From Sedimentisphaerales bacterium (GTDB lineage Bacteria; Planctomycetota; Phycisphaerae; Sedimentisphaerales; Anaerobacaceae): 64,000 nt of DNA. The DNA lies in the NCBI GenBank assembly GCA_040772485.1, contig JAXGYC010000008.1:192001-256000 (forward strand), in the 5' to 3' direction. Shown piece by piece: positions 8,948 through 19,505 of this stretch (positions are counted from its first letter, which is position 1; every line of letters begins with the position of its first letter). The position numbers were made by a program, and so were the translations under genes. The notes beneath the pieces were generated by a model, which was given only the letters and a program-made list of their open reading frames with translations, ran no database searches and had not been told where the DNA came from.

Positions 8948-10681
8948 CTACCACGTCGCTCCCGAGAACACGACAATCAACAAGATCACAATCGCTACGA
9001 ACAGACCCCACCAGAGACACACACTGGTATACCACCGAGCCCCTAGATGTCCGAAGATGTTCAGTCTCTTCCAGTTGATCGTTAATTGATCGGTGACCCG
9101 GTCCGGGTCGGGCACGGGCGTGAACAGGCTGACCCCCACGCAGACGATCACGCAAAACACCCAGTTGATCGCCGCCTGCATCTGGAAAGGCTCCAGCCAT
9201 CGCGGGTGTGATGGGACGAATTGCACATACGCTCTGAGCCCGATACCGAGGAGGAATCCCAGAAGGACGGCCGTCGTGGCTCCCTGCCCGTTGATGCGAC
9301 GCAGCAGGATTCCCAACAGAAACACGGCCGCGAACGGCGGTGCGAAGAACGCATACAAGGATTGGATGTAGAGGAACAGGCTGCCGCCCAGACGGCCGAC
9401 AAAGCCGGCGAGCACGGCCGCGATCACCATCACGATTACGGATGACATTCTGCCCATGCCCACGAGCCGCCTCTCGGACGCACCTTGGTGCAGGACTCTC
9501 TTGTAGATGTCGACGGTGATGATCGTGGATGTCGAGTTCAGAACGGCGCTGACGGTGGACTGGATGGCGCCGAAAAGCGCCGCGAGGAACAGGCCCCGCA
9601 ACCCGACAGGAACGATGCTCCGAAGCATGGAGACATACCCTTTGTCTGCCTCCGGCCGGATCTCGTCCCAGGGCAGTTGCATTACCTCCGGGTACCGGGC
9701 GAAGAGAATCAACCCAGGCAGAACTACGATCGCGGGCAAGATGATCTTCATATAGCCGGCCAATACGATGCCCATGCGCGCATGATACGCGTCCCTGGCG
9801 CCGAGCACCCGCTGGATCATGAACTGATTGATCACGTTGTACCAGATGCTGACGGAGAAGACCATCATGATGAGCCCGGGCCAGGGGGTCAGCTCGTGCG
9901 TCACAGGCTGAATGACCGAGAGGCGGTTGTAGTGCTCCGTGTGTACGATGTGCGGGGCGTTCTTCTGGACGACCTCGGCCCAGAGACCCGAGTCTGCCCG
10001 ATTGCGTTCGATCATGACCCGAAATCCTTCGATCAGCGAGTGCGACTCGCCGGAGAGCATGTACAGCCCGAGCACCGTCACCGTCAGCCCGCCCGCGATC
10101 ATGATGATCACGGTGAAGACATCCATCCAGGCAACGGACCGCAACCCACCGTAGACAGCCCATGCTCCTGACATGACCGCCAGCAGCGTGATCGCCAGCC
10201 ACAGGTCCCAGCCGAACAGTCTCTCCAGAGCCAGCCCGCCGCCATAGAGCACCGCTGCCAAGAACGCGACGACGTTGCTGATCACCGTGACGCAGGCGAA
10301 GAACAGACGGATAGTAGAATTGAATCTCCGTTCCAGGAATTCTGGCGTGCTGAAGACCCTGGCGGCCAGCAGAAATGGAATGAAAAACCAGATCAACAAG
10401 CTGAATGTCGCAACGTTGGCCCACTCGAACATGGCCGGTGCAATCCCATAGATGAACGCCGCCCCGATCATGCCGATGAAGTGCTCGCTGCTGATGTTCG
10501 AAGCAATGAACGAGCTGCCGACCACGTACCAAGGGAGCGTCCTGCCGGCCAGAAAATAGTCTGCCGAGTCCTGCGGCTTTCTCCTGCCGAACCAGTAGCC
10601 GACCAGACACAGCACCAGGAAATACGTGCCGAACGCCAGATAGTCCAACGCGTGAAGCTCGAATGACCCGAAATCTTTCAC
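8948..10681 (-). CDS. Sodium:solute symporter (SSS family, sugar/SGLT-like)
   Basis: YFLAGR.LPW, ASNISSEHFIG, YGGL.SVAWMD and NQFMIQRVLGA motifs with many TM helices. GGAGG RBS before GTG at 10681. Confidence 0.93.
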   Translation of the reverse strand: MKDFGSFELHALDYLAFGTYFLVLCLVGYWFGRRKPQDSADYFLAGRTLPWYVVGSSFIASNISSEHFIGMIGAAFIYGIAPAMFEWANVATFSLLIWFFIPFLLAARVFSTPEFLERRFNSTIRLFFACVTVISNVVAFLAAVLYGGGLALERLFGWDLWLAITLLAVMSGAWAVYGGLRSVAWMDVFTVIIMIAGGLTVTVLGLYMLSGESHSLIEGFRVMIERNRADSGLWAEVVQKNAPHIVHTEHYNRLSVIQPVTHELTPWPGLIMMVFSVSIWYNVINQFMIQRVLGARDAYHARMGIVLAGYMKIILPAIVVLPGLILFARYPEVMQLPWDEIRPEADKGYVSMLRSIVPVGLRGLFLAALFGAIQSTVSAVLNSTSTIITVDIYKRVLHQGASERRLVGMGRMSSVIVMVIAAVLAGFVGRLGGSLFLYIQSLYAFFAPPFAAVFLLGILLRRINGQGATTAVLLGFLLGIGLRAYVQFVPSHPRWLEPFQMQAAINWVFCVIVCVGVSLFTPVPDPDRVTDQLTINWKRLNIFGHLGARWYTSVCLWWGLFVAIVILLIVVFSGATW

Positions 10682-10703
10682 ATGACCTCCGGAGTTTCCC
10701 CGG

Positions 10704-11753
10704 CTATTGCCCACCGGCCCCCTTGACGATGCGGGTGGCGTTGTCGTGGAATACGTCCTTGACGTCCCGCGCTGTCAGTCCCGCCGCTCGCGCGGCACGC
10801 CGGAAGGCGTCGATCTCCTCATATAAGAAGAACGACAACGCCTCCGCCTGTTCACCATCAACCTCGCGCATGTGCCGGTCGTCGGAGACATCGCCATAGA
10901 GACCCCTGGGCACGAGATTGACGTACGCCCCGTTCTCGCAGATCCTGCGCATCCGCATCCTGGTGATCGGCAGGTCGCTGCCAAAAAGAATGCGTTGTGG
11001 CCCTACCGCACGGATGAGCTGTTCGAACACGGCCGCGTTCGTATTGGCCGAGATGTCAAACAGCAGCCGCTCCGTCTGGGCCAACACAGCAAAGGCATCG
11101 CCAACATCCTCCGGGCAGTAAGCCCGCCCAACGTGCGCAATGATGACCTGGGCGTTCGGATAGCGACGCTCGACCTCAAGCATATCGGTCAGATTCGCCG
11201 GATCACGAAGTCGGCCGGCACGAGGAATGTGGAGCATGACGATCCAGTGGTGCTGATCCAGAACCTCCAATTGATGATGTGGCAGAAAGTCGAAGATGCG
11301 GATCTGGTCCGCTGCTATGTGGCTCGCCGCCAAGGTCAGATACACCTTGACTCCGACGAAGCCACCTTCACGGATTTCCCGTTCCAGCCTCGCGGCCGAC
11401 CATCGCGGTGAGGCGAAGACAAGGGCCGGGAAGCGACGCTCTCTTGCCGCCCGACTGACGTAAGCGTTGGCCGAGTCGAAATCGTCGTCGCAGGATTCGA
11501 CGAAGGAAAACGCCACCGGCATGACCGACTTGCCAGGAAACAGCAGCCGATAGGTCTCGACAAGCTCATCGACCGGGCCCTCTTCCGCGACGCGTAGCGG
11601 CCAGGTTGCCGCCCGCCCCGTCGGTGGAATCCTGCGAAAGCCCTTGAGCCAGACGTGCGTGTGAACGTCGATGATCTGGTCAGGCAGGAAGTCCTCGAGC
11701 TTGTCCTGATAAAACCTCCGATCCACGTCTCTGATTTCCAGCAGCGGTGCCAT
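10704..11753 (-). CDS. Amidohydrolase family (metal-dependent TIM barrel) protein
   Basis: IIDVHTH, GVKVY, MLHIP, IIAHVG and RILFGSD motifs. Confidence 0.88.
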   Translation of the reverse strand: MAPLLEIRDVDRRFYQDKLEDFLPDQIIDVHTHVWLKGFRRIPPTGRAATWPLRVAEEGPVDELVETYRLLFPGKSVMPVAFSFVESCDDDFDSANAYVSRAARERRFPALVFASPRWSAARLEREIREGGFVGVKVYLTLAASHIAADQIRIFDFLPHHQLEVLDQHHWIVMLHIPRAGRLRDPANLTDMLEVERRYPNAQVIIAHVGRAYCPEDVGDAFAVLAQTERLLFDISANTNAAVFEQLIRAVGPQRILFGSDLPITRMRMRRICENGAYVNLVPRGLYGDVSDDRHMREVDGEQAEALSFFLYEEIDAFRRAARAAGLTARDVKDVFHDNATRIVKGAGGQ

Positions 11754-11759
11754 ATCGTC

Positions 11760-13196
11760 CTACTCACCAGCTTCCAGGAAGATCCGCAAACGACGAATGA
11801 ACTCATCGACTACGGCCCGTTCCAGACACAGGGCGAACTTGCACAGGATCGTACTGTGCCCTGCGTGGTAGGCGTGCACCCGCAGCCATAGGCCACCGGC
11901 AACGCATCGCTTGTGGAAGTTTAGAGCGTCTTCAACCTTGTGGAACTTCAGTCCCGTCATGGAGCGGTTGCCATGCACAGCAGCGATGCGACCGGAGAAC
12001 TCGGCCGCAAGCCCGCAAAGCCTGTGATAATAGTACTCCTGAGCCTCTACGACTTGGGCAGCGTTTCGCTGCAGCAACTCAATGTTGGCCAGTGCCACGA
12101 GCGCCGCCAAAGCAGCGTTGCCGTTGGTGCTGATGGCGTCGTACTGAGCCATCACGTCGAGTTCTCGGCGATAGATAATGCCCGAGAGAGGATGTAGCCC
12201 GGCGCTCATCCCTTTGCCCACAATGACGATATCCGGCGTGATTCCATACTGCCTGTACATGAACACCTCCGGTGTCCAAAACCCCGTCTGGATCTCATCG
12301 ACCGTCATCAGCGCCCCAACCCGCCGGGTCAGCTTCCGCGCAAGCTGAAGGTACTCGGTCTCCACCAGGATGGCCTCCCGGTTCATCATGATTGGCTCGG
12401 CCCAGAAACCCGTGATCTGCTCGCCGTAGCGGGCGAAGACTTGCTCCAACTGGCGGCCATCGTTCGGCTGCACGGCCACGACCTTCATATTGCGGATAAA
12501 CGGCTTCCACATCCCGCGGAGGTTCTGCGAGAAGAAACCGGTGCCATGATAGTTGCCATCCAGTACGATGAAGATGGCTGGCCCGGATTTCTTCGTCCGC
12601 TCATGGTGCATCATCATGATCTTGAGCGCCGCCTCGCAAGCCACCGAGCCGGTCGCGATCCCAAGCAACGCCGTGTTCAACCGCGTCCTGGATTTCATGA
12701 CCTTGGAGAAATCCCCTCGCCCAAGCTCCGGGCAGTCGGGGTTCGCCGCCTCGATGAGCCTCTGAGCCAGCCGCTTGACAGGCCACTGGGGGATGTTCGA
12801 GTGATTGTCCGGCACGATGCCTGCCGCCAGACCGTCGTGGACTATCCGCGTCAGGACCGGATGGTCGTATCCCCAGCTCATCTGGTAATGCCCGGCCGTG
12901 CAGTCAAGGAACAGCTTGCCCTGCTCGGTGATGTAGAACACCCCCCGGCCGGCCAGGAGATCGTCCGTCTGGGCGACCCTGCCGCCGCCGAAAGACTTCT
13001 GCATGACGGCCTTATCGACCGGCTTGCCAACCGCCAGATCCTCGATCGTCTCGCCAATCAGGCCGAACAACTGGCTTGTGTCGCGGTTGTCAAGAAACCG
13101 CTTCGCCTCGGACATGGCCCTGCACACATCGGCTCCCAGCGGGCCGGCCAGGTCGGTAAGTGGTATACCTGTGAACGTCTTGTCCGTCATCACCAT
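11760..13196 (-). CDS. Class III PLP-dependent aminotransferase
   Basis: FLDCTAG, GNYHG, WAEPI, VDEIQTGF and PDIVIVGKG (PLP lysine). Confidence 0.9.
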   Translation of the reverse strand: MVMTDKTFTGIPLTDLAGPLGADVCRAMSEAKRFLDNRDTSQLFGLIGETIEDLAVGKPVDKAVMQKSFGGGRVAQTDDLLAGRGVFYITEQGKLFLDCTAGHYQMSWGYDHPVLTRIVHDGLAAGIVPDNHSNIPQWPVKRLAQRLIEAANPDCPELGRGDFSKVMKSRTRLNTALLGIATGSVACEAALKIMMMHHERTKKSGPAIFIVLDGNYHGTGFFSQNLRGMWKPFIRNMKVVAVQPNDGRQLEQVFARYGEQITGFWAEPIMMNREAILVETEYLQLARKLTRRVGALMTVDEIQTGFWTPEVFMYRQYGITPDIVIVGKGMSAGLHPLSGIIYRRELDVMAQYDAISTNGNAALAALVALANIELLQRNAAQVVEAQEYYYHRLCGLAAEFSGRIAAVHGNRSMTGLKFHKVEDALNFHKRCVAGGLWLRVHAYHAGHSTILCKFALCLERAVVDEFIRRLRIFLEAGE

Positions 13197-13459
13197 TGAG
13201 TCACTCCTACGACAACCTCAGTCTGAATTCGCTTTCTCTCGAACTGCGTAACCATGTCCTTGACAATCCCTGAAGCACGGATGAGCGTATCGCCGTAGTC
13301 CGCAGGCTCAAAGACCCTGCAGACCCCATTGGCAACCAGCATGCGGCTGTCGGCGACGATGGCCACATCGGCCGCATGGGCTGACGTCTTCCCATCGAGG
13401 CTGACCCGTTGCGGGTCCTCCGCGTACGTGTCTGCGTCCATGTCGATGGCGTCAGTCAT
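13190..13459 (-). CDS. Small hypothetical ORF, possibly a gene remnant
   Basis: Fills the gap in a tightly packed operon and overlaps the aminotransferase start. No firm family motif. Confidence 0.35.
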   Translation of the reverse strand: MTDAIDMDADTYAEDPQRVSLDGKTSAHAADVAIVADSRMLVANGVCRVFEPADYGDTLIRASGIVKDMVTQFERKRIQTEVVVGVTQW

Positions 13460-13471
13460 TGATGCAAGCTC

Positions 13472-14881
13472 CTACAGCCGGTGGTATGACCATCCAGCCA
13501 ATCTGCACACTTTCTCAAGTACATCTGTCGGCATTCCTCGAATCAGGGCCAAGTGATGGCTACCGCCCACGTACGCGTATTCGGTCAGCAGACGGGCTAC
13601 ATCGCCGGCGTCCGGCTTGAACACACAACGCGGGCCGTCAACGTTCGGGAGATGGTCCTCGGTGATCTCGCCCTGAATGCATACGAGTTGCCCCGTTCCG
13701 TTGCCCGTGGCGTTCAGGTTAACGAGGGTGACCGGGCCCGGCTCGAACTCGAAATCGACAATCGCAAACTCGGCGGTGCACCGGTCTGTGAACCGACTGG
13801 CAAGAAGCCGCGGCCTTTCTCTGGCCATCGCAAGATTGCCTTCGCCCCAATGCTTCAGCAGCAGGCGGTCGTCGGCGTAGCCAACCGAGAAGACCTCGCT
13901 GAAGCTCGCCACGGTGAAACCTTGTTGCATCCCCCGCACGAGCACGGCCGTCACCCAGTCTCCCTCGCCTGCGTATCCGAGTCCCTCCTGCATGAGCATC
14001 GACGCCGCAACGTGCAGACCGTCGGCCACCCGCTCGTCGTTGCACAGTTGAAGGAAGTTCAGGCCGCATGCATGACTGCCCATGCGGGACAGGATAGCTC
14101 GCAGAGCTGCCTCTCCTCTGGCGGTTTTCTCCAGCAGGCAATCATCCACGCTCGACCCTATCTCGAATGTGCGTCGATACCGCTCCACATACTCCGCGGC
14201 GTCGGAAGGCGTCGTCTTCGCCAGCTGCCCTGCGAAGTCGGAGACCGAAACCCCCGTCGGGGCAATTCCCATCCGTCGGAGGAATTCATCTTCGCCCACC
14301 TGTAGATCGAGCATGTGCTCGAAATGACCACCCACCTGTACAGGTTTGGCATCCTGCATGGATCGGATGATCCGTCCGGCCCGGGCCCAGAGCTGCAACT
14401 GACGGATGAATTGTGCCTGCTCGTGATGGCCGTGAATCACGCCGAAGTCCTTGGTCGTCTTCCCGAGTACGTTGGCCAGATCCTGGACACCGTGAACCCC
14501 GTGGTTGAGTTTGATCGCCTCGGCATCGTATCTCTGCGGGTCAAGTCGCAGCATGCTCTGCATGGGCCACAAGAGTACGGGCAGGCGCGACGCCGCCAGA
14601 GCCGGCGAAAGCACGCCGCTGGGACAATACGGCGCCAGAGCCACCACAAGCAGATCGACTCCTTTGACTGCGAAGTCATCACAGGCCGCCGCCACCTGTT
14701 CCGGCAGGCTGACAGGCACACTGCACCGGACATTCAGTCCCACCTGCCTGAGTCTCCCGGCCACCTGTTCGCCCAGACTCTCCAGGGCCGCGTCAATGTC
14801 GGGCCAGAGCCGATGGTACAAGTCGGCTACAGGCAGCAGAAGACCGATCTGCAGATGGTCTGTCTGACATATCGTATCCAT
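13472..14881 (-). CDS. L-arabinose/L-fucose isomerase-like sugar isomerase
   Basis: LNHGVHG, GYAGEGD, SFSE, HWGEGN and GGSHH resemble the AraA-family metal/catalytic motifs. Confidence 0.78.
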   Translation of the reverse strand: MDTICQTDHLQIGLLLPVADLYHRLWPDIDAALESLGEQVAGRLRQVGLNVRCSVPVSLPEQVAAACDDFAVKGVDLLVVALAPYCPSGVLSPALAASRLPVLLWPMQSMLRLDPQRYDAEAIKLNHGVHGVQDLANVLGKTTKDFGVIHGHHEQAQFIRQLQLWARAGRIIRSMQDAKPVQVGGHFEHMLDLQVGEDEFLRRMGIAPTGVSVSDFAGQLAKTTPSDAAEYVERYRRTFEIGSSVDDCLLEKTARGEAALRAILSRMGSHACGLNFLQLCNDERVADGLHVAASMLMQEGLGYAGEGDWVTAVLVRGMQQGFTVASFSEVFSVGYADDRLLLKHWGEGNLAMARERPRLLASRFTDRCTAEFAIVDFEFEPGPVTLVNLNATGNGTGQLVCIQGEITEDHLPNVDGPRCVFKPDAGDVARLLTEYAYVGGSHHLALIRGMPTDVLEKVCRLAGWSYHRL

Positions 14882-14896
14882 ATCACCTTCCCGATC

Positions 14897-16261
14897 TCAA
14901 TGGCATTGCCAATCCAGTGACGGCCTTTGATGCCTGCAATACCACTCCCGGTATTCCTGCGACCGCTGTGGCGTGTAGGTCCTGATGGTCGCCGTGTTGG
15001 GAAACCGCTGCGATCTATCGGGCCCGAGCAACGCTGTCCGGGCATGTAGCGCCGCACCGTACGCCGTGAAGGACGCACAGTCAACTGCTTCCAGCGTCAG
15101 GCCGCAGATACTGGAAATCGTCTGCGGCCAGAACCGACTTGCCATGGCCCCGCCGGTCGCTACGATTCTCTCGAGACTGTGCTTCAGGCCACACACCTCC
15201 AGAGCATGAGCAACCGTGGAACCGGCCCACTCCATGTAGCGCCTTACGGACGTTGCAGCATCTCCCGAAGGTTCCACCTCGCCGGCATCGAGATTGACCC
15301 GTACAGGCCCCTCCGGCACGCTCATCCCGGCGAAAGCGGCCTCGAGCTCGGTCAAGGAGGCCTGAGTCAGACCAGAATGTCTCAGCAGCTTGTCGAGCCC
15401 CGCCCCAACCTGCCAGAGGGTGACTATCAGGCCATAGCAGTCCGGCCGGACATCGCGCCCCGGGTGTGTCAGAAATCGCGCATCGTCAAAAGCGGGCCCA
15501 CTCGTTCGGCCGTCGAGAACCCAGGCTGTGCCTGTACCCAGCATCACACACGTGTCCCTTTCGAGACCCGCCGCCTCCATCGCCGCATACTGATCATGCG
15601 AACCCGTGACCAGAGTCAGATTACCCCACGGGCTCTCGATATCTTCCGCCAGAACGCTCAGTCCCGGCACAATGCTCGGCAGCCAACTCTCATCCATCTC
15701 GATCCAGTCGAGGATCGCTGGACTCCATCGCCGCCCCTGGAAATCCGCGAGACCCGTGATCTGCGCGCTGGTGACATCCGTCAGGAGTTCCCCCAAGAAC
15801 TGTGCGTAGACAAGATCGGGCACCGTGGCCATATGGCAGGCACCTTCCGGCACCTGCTTACGCTCAACCATTTGCCTGAGCTTGGCGGCAGCCAACCAGC
15901 CGTGCGGCGGCCAGCCGGTCACGTGGTAATATTCTGTCTGGCCGAATGCATCTGCCAGATCCTGGACAATTGTGTCCTCAGCCAGTTCCGTCCAGCAGCA
16001 CACGTTGCCGACCGGTTGATACTGTGCGTCGAGCAGGACGAAACTACCTCCCTGCCCCGTGACGCTACACGCGACTGACCGATCGGCGAATCGGCCCCGT
16101 TCTGCAAAGAGCTGCATGATCCGGCAAAAGTGCTCGTACCAGTAGGCCCTTGCGGAGGCCATTGATGTCGGCAGGGTCGCCTCGTCGACGACTCGTCCCC
16201 TCTCATCGAGCACGATGCCTTTGGTGCTGGTCGTTCCTATGTCGATCCCGCAGAAGACCAT
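14897..16261 (-). CDS. FGGY-family carbohydrate kinase
   Basis: GIDIGTTSTKG, TGQG, TDVTSA, HDQ, LGTGT and ATGG. Likely start is MVFCG at 16261. Confidence 0.9.
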   Translation of the reverse strand: MVFCGIDIGTTSTKGIVLDERGRVVDEATLPTSMASARAYWYEHFCRIMQLFAERGRFADRSVACSVTGQGGSFVLLDAQYQPVGNVCCWTELAEDTIVQDLADAFGQTEYYHVTGWPPHGWLAAAKLRQMVERKQVPEGACHMATVPDLVYAQFLGELLTDVTSAQITGLADFQGRRWSPAILDWIEMDESWLPSIVPGLSVLAEDIESPWGNLTLVTGSHDQYAAMEAAGLERDTCVMLGTGTAWVLDGRTSGPAFDDARFLTHPGRDVRPDCYGLIVTLWQVGAGLDKLLRHSGLTQASLTELEAAFAGMSVPEGPVRVNLDAGEVEPSGDAATSVRRYMEWAGSTVAHALEVCGLKHSLERIVATGGAMASRFWPQTISSICGLTLEAVDCASFTAYGAALHARTALLGPDRSQRFPNTATIRTYTPQRSQEYREWYCRHQRPSLDWQCH

Positions 16262-16628
16262 GGAATCGGTCACCCCTGATAACACCACAAATGCACACAG
16301 GTGAACACACCCTAACACTGGGTGAGGTGGCGTGCAACAGGACTCTTGCAGGAATATGGCGCGAGATGCGGCTGTCACCTCATCGCGAACACACATGGCT
16401 ACTGGATCTGCGTAGTCTCTTCGCGAAGATCCCAGCCTCCGAAGCCCTTGATTCTACCACAGCCATTTTTGGAGGACACCTCTATCCCGTTCAGCCCGGA
16501 CGCCATCCTGGGCTGGCATCACAGACTCTGCGCGCAGAAGTATGATGACAGAAGGAACTGCAAGAATCCATAGCGGTTTCATCGCCGAAAAGTGTATGGA
16601 ACGGAAGCAAATGTCGTGCGTCGGAACG

Positions 16629-19505
16629 TCATTCTATGGCCGCCTGTCGGCCGAAGCCTATATCGTCGATATAGACCGTGCCGGTTCCGCCGGCGGCTGG
16701 AGCCGTCTTGCTGCCGACGCCGATGACTATCTTGTCGACGCGGGCGAGATTCACGCCGGACAGATCGCTGTACGGCACTCTCCATTCCTGCCAGGATGGG
16801 CGGACTGTTATGGCCGCATCGGCGTTCACCACCGTCGCGCTCTTGCCGGCGCTGTCCTCGATCGTCACGTACATCGATTCCGCCGAGTTGCCCGCCGGCT
16901 GCGCGACGCCGATCTCGGCTGTCTGCCAGGCGCCCGTCACGTTGCCGGTCGTCGAGATGTTCGAGAACTCGGCGCCCGTCACGATCGCGGTGTCGTGGCT
17001 GCACACCGCCAGACCGATATAGACATTGGCGGCCATCGCGATATCCAGCGCCGGGCTGACCACGATGTCGGTCCAGGTCTCACCGTCTTCCGACTGCTGG
17101 GCGGCAAAGACATTGCCCGTTCGCGTCAGCTTCACCCAGTGCGGCAGCGCGATGTCGGCGACGTCTGTGTTGGCGCTGGCCGCGTCGGCTGTGGGACGAC
17201 GCTGGAACGAGAGGCCGTGCGACGGCGTTGGCGTCAGCGCCACGAACGCGTGCTTCGAGCCGGCCTCCAGCGTCTCACGGATCATCACGCCCGCCTTGGC
17301 CCACTCATTGCTCAGGGCCAGGCTGTCGACGCGGACCGTCATCGAGCCGTTGCCGCCGAGGCTCTTGTAGGCGTAACGGAACTGGTCGCCGTTGTTCCAG
17401 ATGTCCGTGCCGATGCCGTTCATGATGATGCTGCCGTCGGCCGCCTCGACGAAACCCGGCGCATTGCCTCGGACGTACAGCACGAGGGTATCGGCGCCGT
17501 TGCCCGACCAGTCCTGGGCTGTTTCAAATTCCCGCCACGCCTCGGAGTAGAACGGCGAGCCGCTGTTGTCGTACGCCAGCGGCATCGACTGTGTGCCGGT
17601 GCGGACGATGGTCTTCTCGGCGAACGGCGCGTTGAGGTAGCCGACGGTCGAACCGGTTTCATTGACCCAGCCGTCGAGCCAGGTGTCGAAGATCGTCGTC
17701 TTGGCGTCGACGTCATCGTTGTAAGTCTCGAAGCCGTCGATCAGCGCGTATTCCTGCGTCGAAAAACTCCAGAGGTCGCCGGCCCATGTAGTCACGGCAT
17801 CGGCCTCGTTGACTTCGTCGACCTGCCAATAGTACGTGCTGCCGAACTCCAACGCCGGTGCAAACGTGGCCACATCAACCGTGCCGGCCAAACTCATTGC
17901 GTCTGCGTCCGTGCCCAGATACACCTGGTGCGAGACGGCCTCGCGACCGCTGCGCCAGGCCAGAGCCGTGCCGACTTCCACGTCGGCGGCGCCGTCGGCC
18001 GGCTGCGGCTCGCGGGCCTGGGCCGGAATGTACAGGAAGCGGACTTCACTGAGGCCGTACTGGCCCATCATGCCATAGCCGCTGTTGACGTTCAGACGGA
18101 CGTACTTGACGGGAACCCCGCCGAAGTCGACGGTCGTGTTGGCCGCGTATGTCGCCTTGGCCGTGGCCCGGGCAAGCTCGACATCGCCCAGAGCGGTCCA
18201 GTCCGTCCCGTTCTCGGAGTACTCGACTGTGACAGCCTTGATTCCGAAGCCCAGGAGCAGCTCGAACTGGACATTGTAGTTCCAGACCAGCATCTGGTGG
18301 AGCTTGTAGACGCGGTCGAACTCGTACTGGATGTACAGAGGCTCGGCGCCCGGGAGGGCCAGCCACATATCCGTGGCCTCGGTCGAGTGCTGATCGGCGG
18401 CATCGAGCCCGGAGCCATTGATCGTCCTCTCCGGTCCGGCGGTCTCATCCGAGACGCCGTTGGTCGTCGCGATGATGTTGGCGACCCGATAGGCGAACGG
18501 CTCGGTCGTGAAGCTCCAGACCTCGCCCTTGAAGATGGTGGTACTCGGAGCGGCATTGACCTCGTCGATGCGCCAGTAGTAGGTCGTGCCGAATTCGAGC
18601 AGACCGGGCGGATCACACGTGGCCGCCGTCTGCCCTTGGCTGACGAGCACACCCAGCGGGTTGGACCGGCTGGCGTCGTTGACGTCATCGAACACCGTGC
18701 CGAGATACACATCATGCGAAGCGGCAAACTCACCCGCCGTCCAGCGAAGGATTACATCACGAGGCACATCGTTCCCTTCATCCACCGGAATGGGATTAGC
18801 GGCAAGTTCCGTGGCCCCACCTTCCATTACCGCAAGTATTTCGTCCGCGGTCAGAACCACGTTGTAGAGCCGAACGTCGTCCATGAGGCCGCTGAAGTAC
18901 TCGATCCAGCTCGTGTTGTAGCCGATGAAGAGGGGTCCATTGCTGGATGCGTCGGCGAGGATCAGATTGCCGGTCACACTCAGGGTGGCAAGCGCGACGC
19001 CGTCTTTATACAGGATCATGGCGGACCCATCATAAGTAAGCGCCACATGTGTCCAAATGCCAATGTCTATTGGGATGTTGGGTGTCCAGTCATTACCTTG
19101 GGGTCCGGCCAGGGCCGCTCCAAGGTTGACATTCAGATAGAGGTAGAGATCCTTTCTGTCGCTTGGCCCAAACTTGGCGACGATAGTTCTATAGTAGCTG
19201 GAGTTGCCAAGGTCCAGGGGATGGATCCAGGCGGTGACCGTGATCTGGTTCACGAAGTCGTGGAGACTGGGGCTATCGGGGACTTCAACATTCTGGCTTG
19301 AGCCATCCAAGTCGATCGCCGGCCCAATCATCCCTTGCCCAAACGACGGGCTGCCCACGAGGATGCCATGGTTGGCATTGCCGGACATGTCCCTGGCATC
19401 GCCATCCAAGCTCCACCACCCTACAGGCTTTGGACCGCGCGCGAGGGTCAGAACCGGGCCGGCGAGAAGAACGATGGAAACCAGACAGGCTATCTTTGAG
19501 CGCAT
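16629..19505 (-). CDS. Secreted LamG + discoidin (F5/8-type) multidomain protein
   Basis: Signal peptide; LamG motifs (WTHVALTYDG, FSGLMDDVRLYN); repeated HDVYLGT/YYWRIDEVN/VWSFTT linkers; discoidin-like domain; C-terminal GTGTVYIDDI domain. Confidence 0.85.
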   Translation of the reverse strand: MRSKIACLVSIVLLAGPVLTLARGPKPVGWWSLDGDARDMSGNANHGILVGSPSFGQGMIGPAIDLDGSSQNVEVPDSPSLHDFVNQITVTAWIHPLDLGNSSYYRTIVAKFGPSDRKDLYLYLNVNLGAALAGPQGNDWTPNIPIDIGIWTHVALTYDGSAMILYKDGVALATLSVTGNLILADASSNGPLFIGYNTSWIEYFSGLMDDVRLYNVVLTADEILAVMEGGATELAANPIPVDEGNDVPRDVILRWTAGEFAASHDVYLGTVFDDVNDASRSNPLGVLVSQGQTAATCDPPGLLEFGTTYYWRIDEVNAAPSTTIFKGEVWSFTTEPFAYRVANIIATTNGVSDETAGPERTINGSGLDAADQHSTEATDMWLALPGAEPLYIQYEFDRVYKLHQMLVWNYNVQFELLLGFGIKAVTVEYSENGTDWTALGDVELARATAKATYAANTTVDFGGVPVKYVRLNVNSGYGMMGQYGLSEVRFLYIPAQAREPQPADGAADVEVGTALAWRSGREAVSHQVYLGTDADAMSLAGTVDVATFAPALEFGSTYYWQVDEVNEADAVTTWAGDLWSFSTQEYALIDGFETYNDDVDAKTTIFDTWLDGWVNETGSTVGYLNAPFAEKTIVRTGTQSMPLAYDNSGSPFYSEAWREFETAQDWSGNGADTLVLYVRGNAPGFVEAADGSIIMNGIGTDIWNNGDQFRYAYKSLGGNGSMTVRVDSLALSNEWAKAGVMIRETLEAGSKHAFVALTPTPSHGLSFQRRPTADAASANTDVADIALPHWVKLTRTGNVFAAQQSEDGETWTDIVVSPALDIAMAANVYIGLAVCSHDTAIVTGAEFSNISTTGNVTGAWQTAEIGVAQPAGNSAESMYVTIEDSAGKSATVVNADAAITVRPSWQEWRVPYSDLSGVNLARVDKIVIGVGSKTAPAAGGTGTVYIDDIGFGRQAAIE

